IMG/VR virus record: IMGVR_UViG_2061766007_000288
DNA length: 43,006 nucleotides
Strand: one strand, 5' to 3'
Origin: an uncultured virus (IMG/VR IMGVR_UViG_2061766007_000288)
Lineage: Duplodnaviria > Heunggongvirae > Uroviricota > Caudoviricetes
The translations under genes were made by a program, and so were the position numbers. Shown piece by piece: positions 6,762 to 16,854 of this stretch (positions are counted from its first letter, which is position 1; each line of letters begins with the position of its first letter). The notes under the pieces were generated by a model. That model saw only the letters and a program-made list of their open reading frames with translations, had not been told where the DNA came from and did no database searches.

Positions 6762-6858
6762 GCAGCCCCCGGTGCTTTAGGTTCTTATGTTGTTTCGGCG
6801 CTTTGTACCGACCGACCTTAACTTTGTCGGAGCCGGCATTCTTTAACTGCCGGGCTGC
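6762..6858 (-). ncRNA. Unassigned multibranch structured RNA in tRNA array
   Basis: Closing stem GCAGCC/GGCTGC enclosing three hairpins. Confidence 0.5.
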
Positions 6859-6862
6859 ATCG

Positions 6863-6937
6863 TTGCGGAAGAAGGATTTGAACCTTCGACCAACGGATTA
6901 TGATTCCGCTGCTCTGACCGGGCTGAGCTACACCGCA
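6863..6937 (-). tRNA. tRNA with CAT anticodon (Met)
   Basis: Near-identical to 5100-5174. Confidence 0.85.
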
Positions 6938-6949
6938 ATAATTTGTTCG

Positions 6950-7021
6950 TGCTCCTACCTGGGCTCGAACCAGGATCCACAGATTAAGAGTCTGCTCGTC
7001 TAGCCATTGACATATAGAAGC
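6950..7021 (-). tRNA. tRNA-Lys(CTT)
   Basis: Loop CTCTTAA. Confidence 0.88.
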
Positions 7022-7025
7022 ATAG

Positions 7026-7099
7026 TCCTCACCCCTGAACTCGAATCAGGAACCTCTACCTTATCAGAGTAGCTATCTAACCAATTGATATAGATGAGG
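7026..7099 (-). tRNA. tRNA-Ile(GAT)
   Basis: Loop CTGATAA. Confidence 0.88.
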
Positions 7100-7100
7100 A

Positions 7101-7158
7101 TGGTGGAGCACGATGCAGCCTAGGCTGCTTCCCGGCAAAGCCGGATGGATACTGCCCC
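7101..7158 (-). ncRNA. 58-nt tRNA-like mini-RNA with alanine identity elements
   Basis: GGGGCA/TGCTCC stem with G3-U70, A73 and encoded CCA; two internal hairpins. Confidence 0.55.
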
Positions 7159-7171
7159 AAAATCCATTTAG

Positions 7172-7245
7172 TAGGACCTCCGGGTGTCGATCCCGGTTCC
7201 CCGCCGTGAAAGGGCGATGAACTAGCCAGCGTATTCTAAGGTCCC
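7172..7245 (-). tRNA. tRNA-Glu(TTC)
   Basis: Loop CTTTCAC; T-loop ATCG. Confidence 0.87.
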
Positions 7246-7252
7246 AAATTCG

Positions 7253-7330
7253 TAGTCACTGAGAGATTCGAACTCCCGACCCCCGCGTTCGTAGCACGGT
7301 GCTCTTAAATTCCATCTGAGCTAAGTGACC
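7253..7330 (-). tRNA. tRNA-Arg(ACG)
   Basis: Loop CTACGAA. Confidence 0.9.
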
Positions 7331-7345
7331 ATATTTTAAAAACTA

Positions 7346-8116
7346 TTATTTCCCTTCATATTTGCCGTATTTTGATTCCCATTTCATAATACGCTGCTGC
7401 AATTCTTCGAGAGTAATCGATGATTTCTTATTCTTTGAAACATTATCCACATACAACATTAACTGGCAATTTGCTGGATGTGCAATTATTTCGGGCAACA
7501 CTTTATTATCAAACCCAGATTTAACACTGTACATGTGATCCCGTGTGACACCGGAAGGATTATTCTTCTTATTTTTGGGACTGTACCATCCATATTGCTT
7601 AACCAGGCTAAAATCAAACTCATCCGGATAATTTTGCAATGCAAATTTGAACATACATGCTTGTCTATACTGCCTATAAGTACCACGAAATTCATCATTC
7701 ACGACATGTTGATTAAACCGGTGTCTGCACTCAGCAGAGCAGAAACGCCTATGACTGGAATGACCGATTGAAATTAGCTTTCCACAACATTTACAAATTA
7801 TTGGGGGCAATGCAATCCGTTGTCCATTCACAAACTTCTTGCCAGTCAGAGTAGCACTAACCTTTGCCTTAGTTTCATCGGTACGGATGCGAGAGTTTGC
7901 ACAACTACGCGAACAGAACCTAGGTAACCTATTCTTATCCAAGTCAATTTGCTTTATCATTTTATGAAACGGTTGACGGCAATGTTCACATATTGCAGTA
8001 CATTCAACCAAACGTGCATTTCGCTCTCCTATACGCCGCCACGTTTCATGTGATTTTTCCCAACCAAGTTTGATATTCCGTCGGTTTGCCGCCAATTTCT
8101 TTTCACTAATAGCCAT
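7346..8116 (-). CDS. Putative HNH-type homing endonuclease with Zn-ribbon and NUMOD3-like motifs
   Basis: CxxC...FCSxxC repeats, RTDETKAKVS motif, C-terminal TRDH...HPANCQLM...N; AT-rich. Confidence 0.75.
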   Translation of the reverse strand: MAISEKKLAANRRNIKLGWEKSHETWRRIGERNARLVECTAICEHCRQPFHKMIKQIDLDKNRLPRFCSRSCANSRIRTDETKAKVSATLTGKKFVNGQRIALPPIICKCCGKLISIGHSSHRRFCSAECRHRFNQHVVNDEFRGTYRQYRQACMFKFALQNYPDEFDFSLVKQYGWYSPKNKKNNPSGVTRDHMYSVKSGFDNKVLPEIIAHPANCQLMLYVDNVSKNKKSSITLEELQQRIMKWESKYGKYEGK

Positions 8117-8202
8117 TACACTCTCCAACATCTTCCATTATAATATAGCTTATACTTGACAGCAAATGTAGATGGTTCGATATAAAAATCTATCCAAAAT
8201 AG

Positions 8203-8274
8203 TGGAACCGGTGGAAATCGAATCCACCCACCCGGCTTGCAAGGCCAGGTCGCCTCCTTGGAACATGCGGCCCC
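8203..8274 (-). tRNA. tRNA-Ala(TGC)
   Basis: Loop CTTGCAA, G3-U70, C8, weak D stem. Confidence 0.85.
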
Positions 8275-8284
8275 AAATGTTTAC

Positions 8285-8357
8285 TGGACCCTACGAGGAA
8301 CGATCTCGTCACACCTACCTTGCGAAGGTAGGTCGCCACCAAGGAACATGAGAGCCC
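8285..8357 (-). tRNA. tRNA-Ala(CGC)
   Basis: Loop TTCGCAA, G3-U70, C8. Confidence 0.85.
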
Positions 8358-8416
8358 AAATTTTAAAGTCATCCGAAATGTCAATCTGCTAACCGGCTTC
8401 ACGAGCCGGTCGTTAG

Positions 8417-8489
8417 TGGAACCCTAGGAAATCGAATCCTACCCATCGATCCTGCCAGGATCAATCGCCTCCTTGGAACATGGGGCCCC
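8417..8489 (-). tRNA. tRNA-Ala(GGC)
   Basis: Loop CTGGCAG, G3-U70, C8. Confidence 0.83.
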
Positions 8490-8506
8490 ATATGCGGCGG
8501 TTAATT

Positions 8507-8541
8507 AAAAAACCAGGTTGCTCTTTCGTTGCAACCTGGTT
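8507..8541 (-). terminator. Intrinsic terminator (attenuator) immediately upstream of the first tRNA
   Basis: AACCAGGTTGC-N9-GCAACCTGGTT then T-run. Confidence 0.8.
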
Positions 8542-8569
8542 CCTTATCAACCCAACCTAAAAGGAATTT

Positions 8570-8671
8570 TTACCAGTGCAACGGCCCCAATTTCTTGGCG
8601 CAACCGAGATTACGTTCTGCGGCGGCAAAACTAATCGTGCGATAATCCAAGTGTGACAGTTGCTGTTTCAT
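8570..8671 (-). CDS. Putative leader peptide of the tRNA operon (33 aa)
   Basis: MKQQLSHLDYRTISFAAAERNLGCAKKLGPLHW; last codons overlap an antiterminator strand. Confidence 0.65.
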   Translation of the reverse strand: MKQQLSHLDYRTISFAAAERNLGCAKKLGPLHW

Positions 8672-8779
8672 AGTAAAATTTTCTCTTACGACATATTGTT
8701 TATATGAATGTTAGAAATAAAATGATGGATTTTCAAGGGTAAAATGCAACTTTTTATGTAAAAAGAAGTTTACATTTAT

Positions 8780-9625
8780 TTACGCTTCGGTCAAGTGGGT
8801 CGAAAAGTCCGGGTGTGCGGACTTGTAGACCGGTTCCAGTTCATCCAGTTTCCCGGTGAGCCACTGGATATTGTCCCCATTGAACCACGTCTGGTGCTTG
8901 GTCACATCGTTGTCATCATGCACCTTCGTCCACGATGTGCGCACGATTACCTTCGGTGCGCCCTCCGGCAACCCCAGGGGACCGCTGATGCTAATGAACA
9001 GATAATGTGAATCGTCGATATTGAAGTTGGCGCGGTACTTCTCGATGGCATCCACATCTCGGGAGATGAACGACTTGGCCGGATCCGCGTTCGCAATTAC
9101 ATTGAGTATCTTGTCCCGCAGTTTCGATGTGAACCTGTGGTACTTGCCGAACTCGTAGATGTGGTTCTTCTCCACGTAGTCAGAATAGAGCGCATCAAAG
9201 AACTCCTCGGCCCTGGCCTTCGACATCTTGCCGGCTGCCCTGCACTGGCTGCGGAAATACTTCTTGAACCCCGCTGCATCCATGTTGCATGTCGGGCATG
9301 CGTCCACGACATGCCACCCGAAATCTTGAATCGGAATGAACCCGGCCATTTTGAGCATCACCGTAAGGTGAATGTACCGATCGTCCATCGGCTGCCCAGT
9401 AATGTCATAGAGTGGCATGTGGTTGCCAATCCAGTTCAACAACTTGTTGAACGGGGTGCACAGGAAATGCCATGGCCTCCTGAACAGCGTGTAATACAGG
9501 CTCGGCTTGATGAGCAGGACATTGCGCGTATATGTGGTGTCTGCATACTTGGCGAGTTGATCCTTGGACATCCTGATGCAATCGTCCATCTCAGCCAGCG
9601 TCTTGACATATTCTTCCATGGTCAT
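8780..9625 (-). CDS. Hypothetical protein (281 aa)
   Basis: Long ORF with GGAG RBS. Confidence 0.75.
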   Translation of the reverse strand: MTMEEYVKTLAEMDDCIRMSKDQLAKYADTTYTRNVLLIKPSLYYTLFRRPWHFLCTPFNKLLNWIGNHMPLYDITGQPMDDRYIHLTVMLKMAGFIPIQDFGWHVVDACPTCNMDAAGFKKYFRSQCRAAGKMSKARAEEFFDALYSDYVEKNHIYEFGKYHRFTSKLRDKILNVIANADPAKSFISRDVDAIEKYRANFNIDDSHYLFISISGPLGLPEGAPKVIVRTSWTKVHDDNDVTKHQTWFNGDNIQWLTGKLDELEPVYKSAHPDFSTHLTEA

Positions 9626-9705
9626 AAAAATAACTCCGGTTACTATCCGGGGTAAAACTATTCTATAATCCGCTACGAAACGGCTTTTATGCTACTCGTA
9701 GCGGC

Positions 9706-10095
9706 CTATGCGCGGCTTCCGAAGATAAGGCTGAACGAATTCATGAAGTCCTCGGCGCTTTCCGCATAGGAATTCTCGGGAGTGTAGGTATCGCCGGTAA
9801 GTTCGGCCTGCATCTTCTTGAACTCCCCATACGGATCACCGTTCACATCGTATCCGCGTTCACCAAGCGGTTCCAGGAACAGCGTCTGCACGTAGGCATC
9901 CAGTTCGGCCTCGTCATCGTTGCTGAACCGGGCGCTATTGTCAAACGAGTTCAATCGTTCAAGGATAAGGTTATGGCCGTACACCGGGTTATCCATAGCC
10001 ATTCGGTTGAACATTGTCACTGCATCGGCACCGGGTTCCTTGACCGCCTCTGCCCTTCCACCGAAGACAATCATGTTCGGCGCATCAGCTGACAT
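9706..10095 (-). CDS. Hypothetical acidic protein (129 aa)
   Basis: Start overlaps upstream stop (TAATG). Confidence 0.75.
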   Translation of the reverse strand: MSADAPNMIVFGGRAEAVKEPGADAVTMFNRMAMDNPVYGHNLILERLNSFDNSARFSNDDEAELDAYVQTLFLEPLGERGYDVNGDPYGEFKKMQAELTGDTYTPENSYAESAEDFMNSFSLIFGSRA

Positions 10096-11048
10096 TACCA
10101 GTTCCCCTTGCCATAAAATGCATCAAGGTCCCAATCGTAGCAGTCATCGGTCGGCAGTATGTACTTGGCACCTACGCCGGAAGCATTCCCGAGGTCATTG
10201 CGGGTAAAGTCATTGTCAAAGAAAGACTTGCCGAGCTTGAAGTATTTTCCGGTTACGGTGGAGAATACTTCCGTTCCGTCGTTACTGACATACCAGCCAA
10301 TTTTCAACGGTTCATGCGTTTTCGGGTTAGTTTCCTTTTCCACGTCAGCAAGCGGAACACTTTTGAAATGTGGACCATAGATCCCAGGTTTCTCCTTGTA
10401 GTCCACATACTTCCAACCTTTCTTGTTCCCGATATTCTGACCGCTCAGGTTCCACTGGGCAACCTGGTTGATTACCTCATCGGCGTTATGCGCCTCCTGG
10501 ACATACTCATGGGCAGTCTGTTTTAAGTCCTGCGCAGCATCGACTGCCTTAGAGGCACCAACTGCCCCGCCTGCGCCAAGGGCGGCTCCGATTGCCAGGG
10601 CAATCGCATGTTTCTTTACATAGTCGGAAATAGAACCGGCAACACTTTCAGCAACCATTGGAAACTGATATTTTTCAAGTGTGCCGTCATCATTTGATGA
10701 CGTATAATGAACCGGTTCCACATATGACGGTTTCGGCGGAACGGCCAGTGCATCGCCATACAACTTGGCTGCAACAGTTTTTGCAGAAACCCCACATTCG
10801 AATGCATTGAATACATAGTCACTATTCTGCTTGAATGCCTCGTTGACTGCATATTCGGTGACATCTTTACCCATTTCCAGCATCATCGTGCGAAACTCGG
10901 TCCCAACATTTATCATATAGGCATTAAGCGTCGTGTCCATACCGATGTCAGCATCCATCATCTCATCAGCTGCGGCTTCACACAGACTACGCTTGCCGCT
11001 TTCAACGGCCAATGATTCAAGAGTTTCGATGTATTTTGTAATATGCAC
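10095..11048 (-). CDS. Hypothetical protein with central hydrophobic Ala/Gly segment; possible virion protein
   Basis: ORF preceded by TATAAACT motif. Confidence 0.7.
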   Translation of the reverse strand: MHITKYIETLESLAVESGKRSLCEAAADEMMDADIGMDTTLNAYMINVGTEFRTMMLEMGKDVTEYAVNEAFKQNSDYVFNAFECGVSAKTVAAKLYGDALAVPPKPSYVEPVHYTSSNDDGTLEKYQFPMVAESVAGSISDYVKKHAIALAIGAALGAGGAVGASKAVDAAQDLKQTAHEYVQEAHNADEVINQVAQWNLSGQNIGNKKGWKYVDYKEKPGIYGPHFKSVPLADVEKETNPKTHEPLKIGWYVSNDGTEVFSTVTGKYFKLGKSFFDNDFTRNDLGNASGVGAKYILPTDDCYDWDLDAFYGKGNW

Positions 11049-11078
11049 GATAAACCGTCCCTTATTGTATCAAGGAAC

Positions 11079-11086
11079 AGTTTATA
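11079..11086 (-). promoter_or_regulatory. TATAAACT putative late-type promoter
   Basis: Exact repeats at 27166-27173 and 38007-38014 upstream of minus-strand genes. Confidence 0.5.
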
Positions 11087-11144
11087 AGGTTACAGTTGAA
11101 CTTCGATACCATACTTATCGATGGCCTTGATATCTAAAATTCCT

Positions 11145-11303
11145 TTATCGCTTCATAGAGGTAAAGTCGGATGACCGGTAGCAGTCATTCGTTGGAGCAG
11201 AACTTGTATCGGTTGAACACCCGACTACAATGTAAGTCATGATGACTACGGCGATAGCGACTATCCACATGATGTGTGGCCACATAGAGTATGGAAATCT
11301 CAT
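11145..11303 (-). CDS. Small putative lipoprotein (52 aa)
   Basis: MRFPYSMWPHIMWIVAIAVVIMTYIVVGC...; ATGA overlap with upstream gene; lipobox-like VVGC. Confidence 0.55.
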   Translation of the reverse strand: MRFPYSMWPHIMWIVAIAVVIMTYIVVGCSTDTSSAPTNDCYRSSDFTSMKR

Positions 11304-11831
11304 ATCCCCTCCGGTGGTTCATGTTCCACCTTGTGTAGTTCAACTTCCCCCACCTTGCGCATGTCCTCAATGTCGCTCAAAGTGACATCCACCTCCAACT
11401 GTTTGGTGGTATGCTGGTTCAGCTTGACGTACTTGATAGGAACCGCGGTGAATGTTATCACCGAGCCCGGTTCCAACTGTTCGCACCATGGGCCGACCCG
11501 GACCCAGACATGGTCGCAAATCTGGATATGGCGCTCATCCATNNNNNNNNNNCATGTCCTCGATGTCGCTCAAAGTGACATCCACCTCCAACTGCTTGGT
11601 GGTATGCTGGTTCAGCTTGACGTACTTGATAGGAACCGCGGTGAACGTTATCACCGAGCCCGGTTCCAACTGTTCGCACCATGGACCGACCCGGACCCAG
11701 ACATGGTCGCAAATCTGGATATGGCGCTCATCCATGATGGTATAGAGCAGGGCAAATTTCCCATAGCAGTCCACCTTGATGAATGTCGCCTGGTATCCAT
11801 GACGTTCCATTGTCTGTCCGAGGTTCCTCAT
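11300..11831 (-). CDS. Hypothetical protein (~112 aa), duplicated across an assembly gap
   Basis: Two overlapping allelic reads of DHVWVRVG...FTAVPIKY either side of the N-run. Confidence 0.7.
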
Positions 11832-11835
11832 GCCA

Positions 11836-14072
<2,237 letters not shown>

Positions 14073-14078
14073 ACCCCG

Positions 14079-14107
14079 AATATAGCATATTTTGCCCCGG
14101 ATGGCAA
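14079..14107 (-). promoter_or_regulatory. Promoter TTGCCA-N17-TATATT, 6 nt before ligA ATG (leaderless)
   Basis: Motif match, same arrangement in second variant 19701-19729. Confidence 0.7.
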
Positions 14108-14109
14108 CC

Positions 14110-14137
14110 AAAAACGGCCCGGAACGAGTCCGGGCCG
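14110..14137 (-). terminator. Intrinsic terminator
   Basis: CGGCCCGGA/TCCGGGCCG hairpin plus T-run. Confidence 0.75.
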
Positions 14138-14155
14138 CCTTCCCTCCCCAACAGT

Positions 14156-15493
14156 CTAACGCTGGATGCCCATCAAATTCACGGAACCCTTGGAGACCAC
14201 CTTCTTGCCGTCCGTAATAAAAACGTAACTTTCGGCAGGGTAGCTACTATGGAGCTTGTTCACAGCATATTCGTTAGGACCAATCATGCTGGCGTTCAAG
14301 TAAACCGGCGTATTCGTGCCAGAAAGGGACATTTCACCGCCAATGTGCCAGTGGCCCATGATAACGGCATCGAAATTCTGGTATTCGTCGGCAGAAAACA
14401 TGCCCTTGTCCTTGAAGTTGTCGCGGACAACCGTAGAGAACGGGGAAACGAAGGCTCCACCGCCCTTATAACGGTCTCCATGTTCGAGTTTCCAGCGCTG
14501 CTGGCCAACTTTCGTAAACTCGACCACGGAATCGGTCAATTTCATGGACACATTCTTCGGGGATTCCGGCATGTCGTAGTATTTCTTCATGAAACCATAG
14601 AGAATATACTCGTAGGAATCCTTGCCCTTGTTCTTGAACTGGTACTTGTCGGTGTTACGGGCATGGTTTCCGACCACACAGGAGATGGTAATCTTCTTGT
14701 ACAGCTTGGAATATGCATTGATCAGCCCGGTAATGAAGCTGAAATAGTCCAGAACGCAGTCAGTAATCACCTGCTGGTTCGTTTCACGGAGTTCCGCGTG
14801 GATATTTCCCGAGAAAATGTCACCGAGCATGAAGATATGGAGTTCATCACAGCCATAGATGGAGGCGAACTCGTAATTCTTCTTGAAAAGGAGCTCATGG
14901 CGCTTCTTGGAAATCTCCATATTATAATTGTTGATGCCGTTGATGCCGCGGCCATCCACATATTCGCCATAATGCACGTCAGAAATCGGCAAGATGTTGT
15001 AGAACTTACCCTCGACATTCCCCTTCGGCGCCTTGGTGATATTGAGATTAACGGTGTAAGGCTTCACGCGCGTCACCGATTCGCCCATCGCGTCGATAAT
15101 TTCCTGGGCGATGAACTTCTGGATCTTGGCTTCACTCAGTTCCTTCTGGACATTGGCCATGTCCTTGCGGAGAATGGCGAGTTGTCCTTCGGAAGCACGC
15201 TGGACGACGGATTCGAGGTCATCGGCAGCAATATCCCCGTCGTTTTCGGCTTCGCTCTTCATGCGGTTCCGCTGCTTGCGGACATTGGAACGGAAAGCGT
15301 CTTCGGAGTCGGACACCCATCCAAGGCCTCTGAGGGTCATATAGAACGGGTAGACCTTATTGCAGTCCAGCTTGTAGAGTTTGAGGAGTTTTTCGACCGG
15401 CGGAAGGTCGGTCTTGGCGTAACGAGTGTCCGGGGTCGGTTTTCCAATCAACTTCAGGAGCTTCTTGGAATCTACGGTTTCTTGTTTGCTCAT
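14156..15493 (-). CDS. Calcineurin-like metallophosphoesterase with N-terminal coiled coil
   Basis: SDVHYG, LGD, GNH, EHGD, GHWH motifs. Confidence 0.88.
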   Translation of the reverse strand: MSKQETVDSKKLLKLIGKPTPDTRYAKTDLPPVEKLLKLYKLDCNKVYPFYMTLRGLGWVSDSEDAFRSNVRKQRNRMKSEAENDGDIAADDLESVVQRASEGQLAILRKDMANVQKELSEAKIQKFIAQEIIDAMGESVTRVKPYTVNLNITKAPKGNVEGKFYNILPISDVHYGEYVDGRGINGINNYNMEISKKRHELLFKKNYEFASIYGCDELHIFMLGDIFSGNIHAELRETNQQVITDCVLDYFSFITGLINAYSKLYKKITISCVVGNHARNTDKYQFKNKGKDSYEYILYGFMKKYYDMPESPKNVSMKLTDSVVEFTKVGQQRWKLEHGDRYKGGGAFVSPFSTVVRDNFKDKGMFSADEYQNFDAVIMGHWHIGGEMSLSGTNTPVYLNASMIGPNEYAVNKLHSSYPAESYVFITDGKKVVSKGSVNLMGIQR

Positions 15494-15628
15494 AGTGTTT
15501 ATTGGTTGTTGATAAGTTGTTTCTTTGTAGTAGAAAAACTAACATATTATTTTTATATTGTCAACTATTTTGTGATATTTTTCTTTAAAAAATTTGAAAC
15601 ACATAAAATTTTTGCTATATTGTCTGAT

Positions 15629-16522
15629 ATGAAGACATTATTGGTAATTGTTTCAAAAAACCAGCAGCAATACGCTGAAAAAATGAACGAGGCGCTCGGC
15701 AACTTGTCTGTACAGCCCGATGGTGTCCTTGTAATACTCGAACGTCCATCGCCAGCCGAAATAAACATTTCAAAACGGGCATATACCAATCCACTAGTAA
15801 CAATATTCGTATCATCATCGTTACCCAAATTTATTGGACGCCCGCAGATGAACTTTCATGTCCCATACTTTTGTGCCGCCCATGCACGTAATCTGGGAGT
15901 GCATTATGCTATTGAGCATAGTTATGAAGCAATAATCTTCATTGATGGCGACTGCTATCCGGAAGTCAATTTGGTCAAATCACATAAGCAACTGTTGGAG
16001 TCAGACGACCCAACCATTACAGTTGGAAGACGATGTGAGGCTAAATATGCATGGCATGACCAACGAGAGAAAGACGACATATATCCAATACCAATATTCA
16101 ACAAGCCCGGTCGTATTACACGTGAAGCGTTCTTCGTTGATTCCGGTGTCGTTTGGACATGCAACATGGGAATAAACCGTAAAGCTCTCGACTTGTTAAT
16201 CTCAACCAATAAAACACTATATGGACGAGAAGAACTCTGTTCTTCCGATTTCTGCGGAACCTGGGGCGGCGAAGACGGATTCATAGGCCTAGAAGCCCTC
16301 TATTTGGATATTACCGTACTTCCTATTTGTGAAGCAAACAGCGGAGTTCGCCACAACGAACATCCGAGACCTCTTGACAAGTATGACCATGAGACTTTCA
16401 TTAAATATCTCGAAGAAAAACGAGAAGAACTCATTTATCTCATGCAAGCAAACGGCATTCCCTGCCCACGATTCGTGCCGAAAGACATTATTGTAGGGAA
16501 TCGGGAGTGGATAAAGAAATGA
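15629..16522 (+). CDS. Glycosyltransferase family 2-like
   Basis: ARNLG, FIDGDC, WGGED motifs. Confidence 0.85.
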   Translation: MKTLLVIVSKNQQQYAEKMNEALGNLSVQPDGVLVILERPSPAEINISKRAYTNPLVTIFVSSSLPKFIGRPQMNFHVPYFCAAHARNLGVHYAIEHSYEAIIFIDGDCYPEVNLVKSHKQLLESDDPTITVGRRCEAKYAWHDQREKDDIYPIPIFNKPGRITREAFFVDSGVVWTCNMGINRKALDLLISTNKTLYGREELCSSDFCGTWGGEDGFIGLEALYLDITVLPICEANSGVRHNEHPRPLDKYDHETFIKYLEEKREELIYLMQANGIPCPRFVPKDIIVGNREWIKK

Positions 16523-16854
16523 CCGTGACAAAGGAATATTTAGAATACAAAAAAATTCCGGAGAAATTCCCCGAAATTAAACGTTTCATGGCATTTTGCG
16601 AAAGTACGGGTCAACCGGCTACATATCATGACGACCCTGGGTTCATAGGTATATGTCTTTATGATTTGAATGGCCATCCGATTACCAAGTTCGGTGAATA
16701 TACCATGTGTTATGACACTACGGCAAAAAAGTATCTCGTTCTCGGTAACAGCGACGTGGAAAACGGTATGTCAGCACTCGCCAGCATTGTCAGTAAATTT
16801 AAGCAGAAAGAAGACGTGGAACTCATTGATTCCCTGGGCAGCGGGCTATTCTAA
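16519..16854 (+). CDS. Hypothetical protein
   Basis: ATGA overlap; conserved in variant 22139-22474. Confidence 0.75.
   Translation: MTVTKEYLEYKKIPEKFPEIKRFMAFCESTGQPATYHDDPGFIGICLYDLNGHPITKFGEYTMCYDTTAKKYLVLGNSDVENGMSALASIVSKFKQKEDVELIDSLGSGLF

Noticed and set aside
3582..7003. Track ORFs overlapping tRNA genes (e.g. 5415-6026, 4448-4801)
   Set aside because: Translations of tRNA sequence with no RBS or protein character
8392..8410. Hairpin ACCGGCT/AGCCGGT between Ala tRNAs
   Set aside because: Single short hairpin without T-run; insufficient for a call
1267..8489. Stop-codon reassignment or suppressor tRNAs
   Set aside because: No CTA, TCA or TTA anticodon found; conserved genes translate intact in code 11 and use all three stops
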